Shown here: positions 53,058-63,844 of the stretch, piece after piece | Layout of the letters: the number at the start of each line of letters is the position of its first letter | Position numbering within the stretch: position 1 is the first letter of the stretch | Origin: Alphaproteobacteria bacterium | GTDB taxonomy: Bacteria; Pseudomonadota; Alphaproteobacteria; SHVV01 | Length of the DNA: 64,000 nucleotides | Assembly: GCA_965261735.1 (NCBI GenBank) | Contig: OZ253470.1 | Coordinates: 3,392,001-3,456,000, forward strand | Direction of reading: 5' to 3' | Translations under genes and position numbers: made by a program | The notes under the pieces: generated by a model | The model's database searches: none | Seen by the model: the letters and a program-made list of their open reading frames with translations, nothing else | Told to the model about the DNA's origin: nothing

Positions 53058-54034
53058 CCATAAGGACTCTTGCACTTCTATTGCTGGCCCTTTCGCTGCC
53101 TCCGTCGCTGGCGGCCGCGGCCGAATTAGCCAACCCAACCGCCGAGCCTGCCAGACCCGCCGAGTCCGCCGAGACCGACGTCTGGCCCGAACACGCCCTG
53201 CCGGATGCCGACGCTGCCCGGCAGGGCCGGTCCGCCTTGCCGTTCACGCAAGAGCAGATCGAGACCCTGGGCCGGCTGTTGCGCCAGACCCAGCGGGCGA
53301 GCGCGCGGGGCGCGGGCGCACCGCCACAAGGCCGTATCCGGCGGATCCGCCTCGACGCGCCGGGCGACGGGCAAATTCCGGTGATCGCGCTAAGGCGCGG
53401 CTACACCACGGTGCTCTCCTTCACTGGCATGACCGGCGCGCCCTGGCCGATCGCCGAGACTGTGCTCGACAGCCGCTTCCTGCCGCCGGGCCGGGAGGCC
53501 GCGCCGGAAGCGGCCAATGCCGGCGGCGGCCATTTGCTCTATCTGGCGCCCCGCCAGGCCTATCTCGACGGTAACGCGGTGGTGACGCTGGCTGGTCTCG
53601 CCGAGCCCCTGGTGGTCGCCCTGCGCGGCACCGGCGGCGCTGCCGACTTCCGGGTCGATATCCGCCTTGCCATGCCCGGGCCGAACGCCGATCCGGCCTT
53701 GCTGGCGCAACCCGAGGGGTTCCACGCCGGCGATCCGGTGCTGCTCGGCCTGCTCGGCGGCGCCGTGCCGCCGGACGCCGAACGGCTTGCCATCGAGGGC
53801 GGCGGCCACGAAGGCCGCGCCTGGAGGCAGGGCGGCGGTCTGCTGCTGGTCACCCGCGCATATCTGCTTTCGCCCGGCCCTTGGGCAGCCGAACGCGGCC
53901 CCGGCGGCCGCTGGGCCTACCGCTTGCCGGACACCCCGCAGGCGCTCGTAAGCGCCCGGGGCCGCGAGATCCGGCTTTCGTTCCGCTCAATGGAAATCAC
54001 AACGCAATTACAGGACATCGATGATGAACGATAG
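53054..54034 (+). CDS. icmK: IcmK/DotH (TraN)
   Basis: GYTTVLSF..TGAPWPI, GNAVVTLAGL, PGPNA, LLSP. Confidence 0.85.
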   Translation: MTIRTLALLLLALSLPPSLAAAAELANPTAEPARPAESAETDVWPEHALPDADAARQGRSALPFTQEQIETLGRLLRQTQRASARGAGAPPQGRIRRIRLDAPGDGQIPVIALRRGYTTVLSFTGMTGAPWPIAETVLDSRFLPPGREAAPEAANAGGGHLLYLAPRQAYLDGNAVVTLAGLAEPLVVALRGTGGAADFRVDIRLAMPGPNADPALLAQPEGFHAGDPVLLGLLGGAVPPDAERLAIEGGGHEGRAWRQGGGLLLVTRAYLLSPGPWAAERGPGGRWAYRLPDTPQALVSARGREIRLSFRSMEITTQLQDIDDER

Positions 54035-55193
54035 ATCGATCGCTGAAACGCCGCGAAACCGGCGTATGGCGATACACCGTCTCCATGCGCCCGCGGTATG
54101 CAGTCTTCTTATATGCGCATCGCTCGCCGCGTCTTCGGGTTGGCCCGGTTCGGCCTGGGCTCAGATGCCGGACAACCGGGGTGTCAAACTCAACCCTGAA
54201 GACAGCGTTCCGCCGGCTTATCTCAACACGCTGGACGAGCGCGACCGGGTTCGGCTCGATGCGGCGCGGCAACAAGGCGAATCCTTCGTGCCGATCTTTC
54301 CTGGCCGTGGCCAGGCGCCCGGTTACACACAGCCGGCCGGTGGCGTGGGATCCACACGGTCCGTAACCGAATCACCGCCCTCCTTGCGGCACCGGCCCGG
54401 AGGCCGCGTGGCGCCGCGGCCCACCTACGAAGCCTACAGCCCGCCGCGGCAAGAGGGCCGCCCGCCCGCCCGGCCCGAAGACCGGATATCGGATCTGATC
54501 GGCGTGCTGCTGCAAACCTGGAGTGAACCGCCGCAGATCGTCCGTATCCGCTATCCGGCCGCCAAGGTCAAGAACGCCGCGCCCGCCACTTCCGGCATAC
54601 TTCCCGAACCGTCCATCCCCCTGCCGCCGGCGGGCGACGGCATCTACGCCCGCACGATTTATGCGGTGAATTCCGACTATCCGGGCCCGGTGCTGATCGA
54701 ACTGCTGGGACCGCCGCTCGCCGGCGCCGTGGCAACGGGCGCCTTCACCCTGGTGGGCGAGCGCATGGTGCTGCGGCTCACCGGCCTGGAATACCGCGGC
54801 CGGCGTATGGCAACCGACGGCTGGGCGGTCGGTCTCGATTGCGCCTGTTACGGCATCGCCGGCGAGGTCGACAGCCACTTCTTCCAGCGCGTCCTGCTGC
54901 CCGCCGCGGTGCGTTTCGCGGAGGGCTTCCTGATGGCGATGGGCCGGCCCGCCGAGAACGTCACGCTAGGGAGCGGCGACGTGCGCTATGAGCGGCGCCA
55001 GGGCTCGACGCGCGAGGCCGTTCATAGCGGCCTTGGGACGGCAGCGCGCTCGGCCGGCGATATCCTGCTGGAAAACGCACCGGCGCGCCCGACGGTGCGC
55101 ATTCCCCGCGATACCGAACTCATCGTCATGTTCGCACGCCTTCCGGGGACAACGCCGGAGAACGGGCCGGCCGGAGGCGCCGGCGGTGGCTGA
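54021..55193 (+). CDS. icmE: IcmE/DotG (TraO, VirB10-like)
   Basis: AVNSDYPGPVL...GPPLAGA, GIAGEVDSH, RPTVRI; start uncertain. Confidence 0.85.
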   Translation: MMNDRSIAETPRNRRMAIHRLHAPAVCSLLICASLAASSGWPGSAWAQMPDNRGVKLNPEDSVPPAYLNTLDERDRVRLDAARQQGESFVPIFPGRGQAPGYTQPAGGVGSTRSVTESPPSLRHRPGGRVAPRPTYEAYSPPRQEGRPPARPEDRISDLIGVLLQTWSEPPQIVRIRYPAAKVKNAAPATSGILPEPSIPLPPAGDGIYARTIYAVNSDYPGPVLIELLGPPLAGAVATGAFTLVGERMVLRLTGLEYRGRRMATDGWAVGLDCACYGIAGEVDSHFFQRVLLPAAVRFAEGFLMAMGRPAENVTLGSGDVRYERRQGSTREAVHSGLGTAARSAGDILLENAPARPTVRIPRDTELIVMFARLPGTTPENGPAGGAGGG

Positions 55194-55725
55194 ACGCAAC
55201 GATCTTGGCCAGGCAATGATCTCGCTGGTCCGGGATCTCGAACCGGGCCTGCTGCTGTTGGTCTCGGCGCTTTGCTACGTGCTGGCGCTGTTCGCCTTCG
55301 CGCAAGGCCTGCTGCGGTTGCTGAAGACCTCGGAGGACAAGTTTCATGCGCCCTCCGGCGGCGGCACGGCATTGAGCTTTCTGATCTGCATCGTCATGGC
55401 GGCCTTGCCGTCGTGGCTCGTGGCGGCGGGCGAAAGCCTGTTCGGGTCCGGAGCACGGCCTGCTGCGGCGAGCCTCGGTTATGGCGTGCAGGGCGCCGAC
55501 TACGACGCGCTGCTGGCGGCCGTCTTCACCCTTGTCAGCCTGGTCGGGCTGTTCGCCTTCATCCGGGGCGCCTTCACGCTGCGCGCCGCCGCCGACGGCA
55601 AGCCCGGCGCCAGCGGACCCAAGGCCTTCGCCCACATGGCCGGCGGCATTGCCGCCTGGCACATCGTCGCGGTGATCGAGGCGGTGCAAACCAGCCTCGG
55701 CATCGCTGTCTTGAACATCCGATGA
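55186..55725 (+). CDS. icmC: IcmC/DotE (TraQ)-like membrane protein
   Basis: LVSALCYVL, LVGLFAFIRG, KAFAHMAGG; four TM segments. Confidence 0.7.
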   Translation: MAERNDLGQAMISLVRDLEPGLLLLVSALCYVLALFAFAQGLLRLLKTSEDKFHAPSGGGTALSFLICIVMAALPSWLVAAGESLFGSGARPAAASLGYGVQGADYDALLAAVFTLVSLVGLFAFIRGAFTLRAAADGKPGASGPKAFAHMAGGIAAWHIVAVIEAVQTSLGIAVLNIR

Positions 55726-55736
55726 AAGGACAACCG

Positions 55737-56129
55737 ATGACTATTGCAACCCCCTTGAAACGGCATTCCCTCGAATGGGCCGCGGGCCTGTTTGCCGCGG
55801 TTTTCTCCGCCGTCTCGTGGGCGGGAGCGGCGGGACCGGCGTTGGCGGTTTCGCTCGGCGACATGGCGAAGGAGGCGGCGGACGACCTGGAGTCGGTGCC
55901 GGCCCTGCTGGCGGTGGCCTTCTACATCATCGGCGCCGCCATCGTCGGCTTCGGCCTGCTTAAACTGAAACGCCATGTCGATCACCCGCAGCAGACCACC
56001 ATCGGCAGCGGCCTGATCGCCATCCTGATCGGGGTCTCGCTGATCGCGGCCCCGGCGGTGATCAACGCGCTGGGCGACACCTTAGGGCTGAGCGGCGGCA
56101 GCCACACCGTGATCAAGCCCCGGCTTTAG
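55737..56129 (+). CDS. icmD: IcmD/DotP (TraR)-like protein
   Basis: SLGDMA, YIIG...GLLKLKRHVDHPQQ. Confidence 0.75.
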   Translation: MTIATPLKRHSLEWAAGLFAAVFSAVSWAGAAGPALAVSLGDMAKEAADDLESVPALLAVAFYIIGAAIVGFGLLKLKRHVDHPQQTTIGSGLIAILIGVSLIAAPAVINALGDTLGLSGGSHTVIKPRL

Positions 56130-56142
56130 GAAGGCGTAAGCA

Positions 56143-59100
56143 ATGCCCGTTTCGATGCCTTTCCCGCTGCCATTTTCAATGTATGGCGCGATCGAGGATG
56201 CGCTGCGGCTGAGCTGGGCGGTCCGCAAAAAGCCGTTGGAGAGTTTTCTGCTGCCCGCGGCGGCGTTTTCCCTGCCCGGCGGGGCCGGCGTGATGGCGTG
56301 CCGCGACGGCTCGCTGGTCTCGCTGTTCCGGCTTGACGGGGCCCGTTCGATGATGGGCGCCCGGGAACTCGACGGCTTCATCGAACTCGGCGCGCGCCGC
56401 CTCAACAGCGTCTTTACCGGTCCCGGCCACGCGCTGCACGCGGTGTTCGAGCGCGCCCCGGACGAGGCGGCACGGCTGGTCGCGGCGGCGGGCGGGGAGA
56501 CGCTGCGGCAATGCGAGCGGATCGGGCTCGCGCTGGGCGACGTGATCGCCGAGCGCGGCCGCCGCCTGGCGCCTCTGATGGCAGCCGAGAGTTTCGTTAT
56601 CGCCGCCTGGACCCGCCCGGCCGTGTTGCCGCCCGACCAGTTGAAACGCGACAGCAAGCAGCTCAGGCGACGGCTGCGCCAATGGCTGCCGGACGCCGAC
56701 TCCTCACAATGCCCGTATCTGGCCCCCGATGGCCTCCCGCCCCGGCACGAGGCCTTCCTCGATACCCTCGCGGCGCTGTTCGCCGAGGCTGGGATCATGG
56801 CCGAGGTGCTTGGCAGCGACGCCGCATGCGCCACCCTGCGCCGGTCGCTGAACGGCTCGGACTCGACCGCACCGGATTGGCGTCCGGTGACGGTCGCCAA
56901 CGACGCGCCCGCGCGCCTGACCGAGCCGCCCGAGGATGGCGCGTTCCCGCCGCCGCTGGGGCCGCAACTACTGATCCGCGATCCCGAGCGGACAGCGGGC
57001 GGGATCCGCATCGGCGAGCGGCTCTACGGCGCCCTCGACATGGCGCTCGGACCGCGCCGGGCACGTCCGTTCTCCGAACTGATGGAGCGCCTGGCCGATG
57101 CCGGATTGCCCTGTCGCTTCTCGGTGCGGATCGAGGGCGGCGGCCTTACCGGCCTCGATGCCGCCATGACAAACGTCGCGGCGGCGTTTCTGGCGTTCTC
57201 GTCGGACGATAGTTTTCTGGTGCGAAATGCCATGCGGGACCTCACCGCGCTCGGCGCTGACGCCCATGCCATCGTCAGGCTGCGCCTTGGTCTGTTGACC
57301 TGGGTGACGCCGGAAGACGGGGAAGACGCACTGCGCCGCCGCATAAGCCGCCTGCAGCAGCTTGCCGAGGGCTGGGGCGAGACGGTGTTCACACCGTTGG
57401 TCGGCGACCCCCTGGAAAGCCTCGCCGCGTCTGTGCCGGGGTTCTGTTGCGGCGCCACCGCCGAGCCCGCGCTCGCACCGCTTACGGAAGCGCTACGTTT
57501 GTTGCCAGCGGGTAGGCCCGCGCCATTGTCGAATAGTGGCGCGGGGCATCTGTTCCGCTCAATCGACGGCAAGCCCATGCCGTTCGCCTGGGAGGACGGT
57601 GAGGATTACGGCTTCGAGCTGATCTACGGCGTCCCCGGGCGCGGCAAGTCGGTGCTGATGAACAGCCTCGGCCTCGCCTTCTGCCTGCAAGGCGGCCAGG
57701 CCCGCCTGCCACTCAGTGCGACCATCGATATCGGGCCGTCATCGGCCGGATTGATCTCACTGATCCGCGAAGCCTTGCCGCCGGAGCGCCGCCATGAAGC
57801 CGGCTGGTTCGCGCTGCGGATGACCCGCGAACACGCGATCAACCCGTGCGACACTCAGCTCGGTTGCCGCGCGCCACTACCTGCCGAGCGCGCTTTCCTG
57901 GTCAATCTGCTGGGTCTGATGATGACCCCGGCCGGCGCGGACGGCGTCCCCGACGGCATGCGCGAGCTGCTCGGCCCAGCGATCATCGCGGTCTATGCGA
58001 TGCGTTCGGACAAGATCGCCGGCGCCGAGCCACATGCTTATACGGCAGGACGCGACGGGGCGGTCGATGCGGCGCTGGCCGCCGCCGGGATCGATCCGCC
58101 GGAGGCCCCGTTGTGGTGGGAGATCGTCGACCTGTTGTTCGAGGCCGGCGCCCACGCAGCGGCCGCGCGGGCGCAGCTCTACGCCGTGCCGGTGCTGGGC
58201 GATCTGCTGGCGGCGGTGCGCGAGCCCGCCGTGCAGGGGTTGGTCGGCGATACCGCCTACGGCGCCGGCGGCGAAACGGTGACCCAGGCCTTCATCCGCA
58301 TCCTGACCGCGCTCTCGGGCGACTGGCCGATCATGTTCGCGCCTACCGCCTTCGATATCGGGCATGTGCGTATCGCCGCCATCGATCTCGCCGATGTGGC
58401 GCCCCAGGGTTCGCTCGAGGCGGGGCGCCAGACCGCTGCCTTCTACCTGCTGGCCCGCCATGCGCTCACCCGGCACTGGTGGATCGGCGAGGACTCACTC
58501 CGCGATATCTCCGAGCCCTACCGGGCCTGGCACGCGCACCGCCTGCGCGATATTCGCGAGGCGCCCAAGCGGCTTGCGTTTGACGAGTTCCACCGCACTG
58601 CGGGCGCCCCCGCCGTGCGCGCCCAGGTCGAGCGCGATGTGCGCGAGGCCCGCAAGCTCAGGGTGCGTCTTTGCCTGGCCTCGCAGCGGCTGGAGGATTT
58701 CGGCGGCGCGTTGACCGAGCTTGCCAACCGCTACTGGATCCTCGGTGCAGGCGGCAAGGCCCGCGAGATCGAGGCGCTGTCCGGGATATTCGCACTAAGT
58801 GAGACTCTCCAGGACGCCATCCGCAACCGGCTGCCGGGTCCCGGCAAGGACGGCGCGCCGGTGCTTCTGATCGCCAACGACGCGCGCGGGCGTTTCGAAC
58901 AACTGGTCGTCAATACGCCGGGACCGGCCGAACTGTGGGCGCTGACCACCAGTCCCGCAGATGTGGCGCTGCGGTCGCGTCTTCAGGCGCGGCTGGCGCC
59001 GGCCGTCGCGCGGGCCGTCCTGGCCCGGGCCTTCCCCACGGGGACCGCGCGTGCCCGCATCGACGCCGAGCTTGGCCGCCTCGCGGCGGCGGGCATCCGT

Positions 59101-59265
59101 GCCGGCGCCACCGAGGAAGACGTGCTCGACCGCCTCGCGGAGGAGCTCGTGCTGGCAGCTGAAACCACCCAATCCGCCTTCGGGACGGCCGGCGATGATC
59201 CGGCGGCGGCGGGTTCCACCGGCCGGTCCGTACCGGCCAGCCAACCAACCGAAACGGAGGAATAA
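56143..59265 (+). CDS. icmB: IcmB/DotO (TraU) VirB4-like ATPase
   Basis: DGSLVSL, GVPGRGKSVLMN, IDIGPSSAG, INPCDTQLGCR, FDEFHRT, ELWALTT. Confidence 0.9.
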   Translation: MPVSMPFPLPFSMYGAIEDALRLSWAVRKKPLESFLLPAAAFSLPGGAGVMACRDGSLVSLFRLDGARSMMGARELDGFIELGARRLNSVFTGPGHALHAVFERAPDEAARLVAAAGGETLRQCERIGLALGDVIAERGRRLAPLMAAESFVIAAWTRPAVLPPDQLKRDSKQLRRRLRQWLPDADSSQCPYLAPDGLPPRHEAFLDTLAALFAEAGIMAEVLGSDAACATLRRSLNGSDSTAPDWRPVTVANDAPARLTEPPEDGAFPPPLGPQLLIRDPERTAGGIRIGERLYGALDMALGPRRARPFSELMERLADAGLPCRFSVRIEGGGLTGLDAAMTNVAAAFLAFSSDDSFLVRNAMRDLTALGADAHAIVRLRLGLLTWVTPEDGEDALRRRISRLQQLAEGWGETVFTPLVGDPLESLAASVPGFCCGATAEPALAPLTEALRLLPAGRPAPLSNSGAGHLFRSIDGKPMPFAWEDGEDYGFELIYGVPGRGKSVLMNSLGLAFCLQGGQARLPLSATIDIGPSSAGLISLIREALPPERRHEAGWFALRMTREHAINPCDTQLGCRAPLPAERAFLVNLLGLMMTPAGADGVPDGMRELLGPAIIAVYAMRSDKIAGAEPHAYTAGRDGAVDAALAAAGIDPPEAPLWWEIVDLLFEAGAHAAAARAQLYAVPVLGDLLAAVREPAVQGLVGDTAYGAGGETVTQAFIRILTALSGDWPIMFAPTAFDIGHVRIAAIDLADVAPQGSLEAGRQTAAFYLLARHALTRHWWIGEDSLRDISEPYRAWHAHRLRDIREAPKRLAFDEFHRTAGAPAVRAQVERDVREARKLRVRLCLASQRLEDFGGALTELANRYWILGAGGKAREIEALSGIFALSETLQDAIRNRLPGPGKDGAPVLLIANDARGRFEQLVVNTPGPAELWALTTSPADVALRSRLQARLAPAVARAVLARAFPTGTARARIDAELGRLAAAGIRAGATEEDVLDRLAEELVLAAETTQSAFGTAGDDPAAAGSTGRSVPASQPTETEE

Positions 59266-59268
59266 ACG

Positions 59269-59748
59269 ATGTTGAACATGAACCGGGTGACGTTGCTGGG
59301 CCATGCGGGGCGCGACCCCGAGATCCGCACAATAAAGAGCGGCGAGAAGACCGCCACCTTCAGTCTGGCCACCACCGACAAATGGCGGCGCCAGGACGGC
59401 GGGACGGGTGAGGCCACCCAGTGGCACCGGATCGTTGTGTTCGGCGCCGCCGTCGCGGCAGTCGAAAAGCTGGTCCGCAAGGGCGCCGCGCTGCTGATCG
59501 AAGGGCGCATTACCAGCCACGAATATCAGGACAAGAAGGGCGACAACCGCCGGGTTACGGAAATCGTCGTCGCAGGGCCGCAAGGCCACGTCAATGTGCT
59601 ATCGCCGCGCCGGGACGACGGCCGCGCGGAAGAGGGCGGCGAGGCGGAGGGAACCGGCGATCCTGGCGGGACCATCGATGCGCGGACGCCAACCGGGGAG
59701 CCCGCTGGCGCGGCGCCGGACGGCCCCTCCCGGATCGGGGGGCAGTGA
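59269..59748 (+). CDS. ssb: Single-stranded DNA-binding protein
   Basis: NRVTLLGHAGRDPE, FSLAT, QWHRIVVF; lacks the usual DDIPF tail. Confidence 0.92.
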   Translation: MLNMNRVTLLGHAGRDPEIRTIKSGEKTATFSLATTDKWRRQDGGTGEATQWHRIVVFGAAVAAVEKLVRKGAALLIEGRITSHEYQDKKGDNRRVTEIVVAGPQGHVNVLSPRRDDGRAEEGGEAEGTGDPGGTIDARTPTGEPAGAAPDGPSRIGGQ

Positions 59749-60287
59749 TGAACGGGCGCGCGGGTCTCGCGCTCGCGGCACTGGTGCTTCTGGCGCCGGC
59801 GCTCGCCTCCGTTCCCGGAGTCTCGCCGGCCCTGGCCCAGGCCCCGCCGCCCGCCGCACTTGAAGCGGGCTGCGATCCCGGGATCCGCGAGGCGCTGGCG
59901 GCGAGCGCCGCGCGGGGCGTCGAGCAGGATCTCGCCGTTATCCGCAATTCCGATCAGGGTATCCGCGATCCGGACTCGATCCTCGACTTCTCCTGCCTGG
60001 AGGACCTCTTCAACTACCGGGCCTTCAACGTGCTGTTCGATCCCGGCCGCGCGCTCGAGGAAATCCTCGGTCTCGCGCAGCGCCGGGTCTGCGAGATCGC
60101 GCGGAACACCTACCGCGGCTATGTCGGCCGCACGCTGGACGCCTCGGTCTATACGTCACGGTTGCCCCGGCTACCGGGACTGCACCGCCTGCCGGGGCTC
60201 GATACCGACGCCCGGAACGGCAACATCCTGCAAGACAGTGGGGTCAACGCCGAACGCTTCCGCGGCATCCTAGGAGGTGGGCAATGA
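59748..60287 (+). CDS. Secreted Cys-containing hypothetical protein
   Basis: Signal peptide, GCDP, DSILDFSCL; coupled to neighbours. Confidence 0.6.
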   Translation: MNGRAGLALAALVLLAPALASVPGVSPALAQAPPPAALEAGCDPGIREALAASAARGVEQDLAVIRNSDQGIRDPDSILDFSCLEDLFNYRAFNVLFDPGRALEEILGLAQRRVCEIARNTYRGYVGRTLDASVYTSRLPRLPGLHRLPGLDTDARNGNILQDSGVNAERFRGILGGGQ

Positions 60288-61435
60288 GTACCCCCGTTCG
60301 TTGCCGCACGGTCTTCCATGCCGTGATCCTTGCCACGGCGCTGACCGCAACGTGGGCGGTTCCGCCCGGCCGCGCCCATTCGCCGTGCGATCCGACCGAC
60401 AACGACCGGGCCGAAGCGAGCCGCGTGCTCGTGGGTCTCACCCGTGAAATCGACGTCATGGAAGCCACAATCGTCGAAGCACTCAGGCTTCAGACGGGCC
60501 AGCTCTCGGGTTATGCGGCGCAAAGCGCCAAGGCGGTGACCGGCGCGCTCGACGCCCAGACCAAGCTTCAGGCGCAGATCGCCCGCGAGGTCGAGGAAAC
60601 CAGGGCCATGCGCGCCCGCCGGCCGACGGACAGCGGCTGCGCCGCGATCACCGGCCTGGCCGGGCTTGCCGCGGCACGGCAAGCAGCCGAAAGCGCCTAT
60701 GGGCGAGCCGCGGACGCTGAGACGGGGCGTATCGCGGGCGACCGCGCCGCCGTGCCCGATGCAGGCGCTGCCGCCGGCAACGCGGCCCGCTTCGAGAGCC
60801 TGACGAGTACCTATTGCAACGGCGCGCGGGCCGGGGAGGATGCCGCGCTCTGCCGGGGCGGGGATGAACTCCACGCCGCCGATCTCAAAGCCGGAAACCT
60901 GTTCGACCGGCGCACCTTCGCGAACGAAGCGGAACTGCGCACGGCGGTCGAGTTGTCGCGCAATCTGACGGCGCCCGTGGTGCACGATCCGCCTGCGCTG
61001 GCCTCCGCCGAGACCGATCAGGAGCGCCGCCGCATCCTGCTCGCCCGTTCCGCCGACGCCCGCGCCGCGCTGGCCGGCGACTACTTCGCCCATGCCCGCG
61101 CATTGCGCGCACCGGGCGCCGCGCTCGGAGCCTGGGCCGCCCAGGCCGCGCCGGGACGCAATGCGGCAACCCCGGTCAGCCGCTATGAGCTTCTGGAGCT
61201 GCTCGCCAGCCGCCGGTTCGAGAACCCCGGCTGGTTCGTCGATCTGCAAGCGATGAGCCAGGAGAACCTGCTGCGCGAGCTGGTCACCCTGCAAGCGGTA
61301 TCGCTGATGCTCGACTGGCGCCGTTACCGGCTCGATGAACGGCGCGGCGCCATCGACGCCACTGGGCTGGCGTTGGCTGCCGAAGGCATGCGCCTTCTGC
61401 CCGGTCTCGCCAATCCCGCCGCCGGGGCGAATTGA
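60284..61435 (+). CDS. TraW/IcmX-like secreted protein
   Basis: Signal peptide, helical, YC...C...HAADL, RRF.NPGW; position before dotA. Confidence 0.55.
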   Translation: MSTPVRCRTVFHAVILATALTATWAVPPGRAHSPCDPTDNDRAEASRVLVGLTREIDVMEATIVEALRLQTGQLSGYAAQSAKAVTGALDAQTKLQAQIAREVEETRAMRARRPTDSGCAAITGLAGLAAARQAAESAYGRAADAETGRIAGDRAAVPDAGAAAGNAARFESLTSTYCNGARAGEDAALCRGGDELHAADLKAGNLFDRRTFANEAELRTAVELSRNLTAPVVHDPPALASAETDQERRRILLARSADARAALAGDYFAHARALRAPGAALGAWAAQAAPGRNAATPVSRYELLELLASRRFENPGWFVDLQAMSQENLLRELVTLQAVSLMLDWRRYRLDERRGAIDATGLALAAEGMRLLPGLANPAAGAN

Positions 61436-63723
61436 CCGTCATGGGCGCGCTCCGCTTCCTGTTCGCCCCGGAATTGACCCGCTCCCTCACGGATGCGGCG
61501 CGGTCTTCGGCCGGGTTGGTTCAGAGGATGCGGCCGTTTCGGCTCCCGGTGCCGGCCAATGCTCCACCGAACGCGACCCCCGGGACAAGGAAAGAGAACA
61601 GGCCGCGGTTGAGGAAGAAGCGTGCCCTTTCCTGTATCGGCATTCTGGTCCTGCTCGCCGGCGCCGTATTTATCGGCATAGGTATCGTGGGCCTGCTGCT
61701 GGCGGAGTCGGCGGCGGCGCAGACGATCGACCGGGGCCTGTTCGCCGATGCCGACCAAGCGACGCGGGACGTGCTGGCCTTCCTCGGCGATATCGGCGCG
61801 GGCCGCAGCTCCGTGCTGGGCGACATGCTGTTTGTGTTCAACGGCGGTGTGCTGGCGCTGGCGGGGTTCCTGCTGGTCTGGCACACGGTGGCCGGCACGC
61901 TCGATACCGCCCGCGAGGGCCGGTTCGGCTTCGGCGCCTGGGAGATCGTGCGCATCGTTGCCGCCGTCGCCCTGATGGCACCGTTGCCGGGCGGTATGAA
62001 CGGCGCCCAGCACGCTGTCGTGGGCCTCGCCCATCTCGGAGGGGATTTTGCCAATGCGGTGTGGGAGCCGTTCTCGGAAGAGGCGCTCGGCGAAGGTGAG
62101 CCCATCGCGCCCCGGCCCCGTGAAACGGTCTGGCGCGCCGCCATCGCCCGAACCCTGATCCTGGAAACCTGCCGGTATGCCGCCAACGCCAGCGCCGCCC
62201 GCGCAGGGGATGCACCCTATATAGAACTCCGCGAGTCCGACGAGGCCTACAAAAGCCCTGGAACCGTCCGGGTCCGGCGCATCGCGGCGAGGATCCTGCA
62301 TTACGACGGCGCCGGGCGCGGCATGCCGGGCGACCTGTGCGGCGCGATCCGCTTCGCCGGGCTCGCGGCCGAGGGCGCACGCGGCATCGCCGCCGAGGGG
62401 CATCGTGACGCGCTGGCCGGGCTGCTACCAGAGATCCGCGTCGTCGCCACCGATCTCGCCGACCATTATGTGACCGGATCGCCCGTCTACGGCCGGCCCT
62501 TGCCCGAACTCGATGTATTGCTTGAGGGCCGGGGCCTGGCCGAGCGTTATGCGGGGGTGCTGGATACGGCGCTTGCCCGCGCCGCTTCCGAGGATCGCGC
62601 GGAGCTCGCCCGTGTGGTCGCCGAGGATACCAAGGCGGCAAGCTGGATGTCCGCGGCGAGCTTCTTCAACACCATCGCCCACCGCACCGGCCTGTTCCAG
62701 GCCGCCGCCCACAACATTCCGGGCGTCGTCCTGCCGCCGCCGAGCCTGGGGCAATGGGCGCCCGCCGCCGATGCTGCCGTCAAGGGTCTGACAACTGCCT
62801 TGGTCCAGTCGCGTGGCTACCAGCCCATGCTGTTCTCCGCGGCTGCCAGTGGCGCCGCCGCGTTGCCCGCACAGGGCGCTGGCGGCGGCATGGCCGCGGG
62901 GGTGATGGAGTTCATCGACCTTGACAGCGTGATTGTCGCCGACAGCGGCAATCCCATTGCCGATCTGGCTTCCCTCGGCCACGGCCTGATGAACGCGGCA
63001 CTTGCCGCCACGGCCGCGCTGATGGGTGCGGCGGCAGGATCGGGGCTGCTCGAATCCGTGCCCTTCGTCGGCAAGGGCCTCGATATGTTCGAATCCGTCT
63101 GGCAGGTCGCCGACGGTTTTGTCTCCACCGTACTTGGGCTCCTGCTGATCGCCGGTGCGGTGCTGGCCTACCTGCTGCCGGCACTGCCCTTCATCCGCTT
63201 CCTGTTCGCCATCCTCGGCTGGATCGTGACCGTTGTCGTCGCGGTGCTGGCCGTGACTGTGTTCGCCGCCGCCCATGTGACGCGCGGCGACGGCAACCGG
63301 CTTGCCACACAGGCCACACGCCTGGGCTGGCTGTTCCTGCCCGGGCTGATCCTACGTCCGCCGCTGATGCTGTTCGGGTTGATCGTGGGCTACTTCGTGT
63401 TCCTGGCCGGGATCGGCCTGTTCAACGAGGTCTGGCTGCCGCAGATGCGCGACGCGGGTGCTTCCGGCGGGCTCGGCCCGATCGGCTTCCTCGCCATGCT
63501 CACCCTCTACGTGATGATCGCCTACGGGCTGATGAATGCCTCGTTCAAGCTCATCGACCTGCTGCCCTCGGCCGTCCTCGACTGGATCGGCGGGCGCGGC
63601 GGTGCGGGCGATGACGGCGGTGAGCGGGTCGGCGGTGCTGCCGCCGGCGCCATCTCGCGGGTGGGCGGTTTGCGGATCGGCGCGGGGCCGCGGCGCGGCG
63701 GCGGCATTGCCGGGAGCCGATGA
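61432..63723 (+). CDS. dotA: DotA/TraY
   Basis: GTLDTAREG, SWMSAASFF, LPALPFIRF, LRPPLMLFG, LLPSAVLDWIG. Confidence 0.9.
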   Translation: MTVMGALRFLFAPELTRSLTDAARSSAGLVQRMRPFRLPVPANAPPNATPGTRKENRPRLRKKRALSCIGILVLLAGAVFIGIGIVGLLLAESAAAQTIDRGLFADADQATRDVLAFLGDIGAGRSSVLGDMLFVFNGGVLALAGFLLVWHTVAGTLDTAREGRFGFGAWEIVRIVAAVALMAPLPGGMNGAQHAVVGLAHLGGDFANAVWEPFSEEALGEGEPIAPRPRETVWRAAIARTLILETCRYAANASAARAGDAPYIELRESDEAYKSPGTVRVRRIAARILHYDGAGRGMPGDLCGAIRFAGLAAEGARGIAAEGHRDALAGLLPEIRVVATDLADHYVTGSPVYGRPLPELDVLLEGRGLAERYAGVLDTALARAASEDRAELARVVAEDTKAASWMSAASFFNTIAHRTGLFQAAAHNIPGVVLPPPSLGQWAPAADAAVKGLTTALVQSRGYQPMLFSAAASGAAALPAQGAGGGMAAGVMEFIDLDSVIVADSGNPIADLASLGHGLMNAALAATAALMGAAAGSGLLESVPFVGKGLDMFESVWQVADGFVSTVLGLLLIAGAVLAYLLPALPFIRFLFAILGWIVTVVVAVLAVTVFAAAHVTRGDGNRLATQATRLGWLFLPGLILRPPLMLFGLIVGYFVFLAGIGLFNEVWLPQMRDAGASGGLGPIGFLAMLTLYVMIAYGLMNASFKLIDLLPSAVLDWIGGRGGAGDDGGERVGGAAAGAISRVGGLRIGAGPRRGGGIAGSR

Positions 63724-63844
63724 TGATTCACACTGAATAAGCCGGTAATACGCGCGGCGAGCGGTGCTGGACCGGAAGCCTCAACGAACGCACTCCAGAC
63801 CGGTCTGGAATTTCGCCTGCAACCAATGAAGGAATTTGAAACTC

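Noticed and set aside
63810-63826. GCAACCAA as an att copy of the tRNA-fMet 3' end
   Set aside because: Only about 8 bp match, expected by chance
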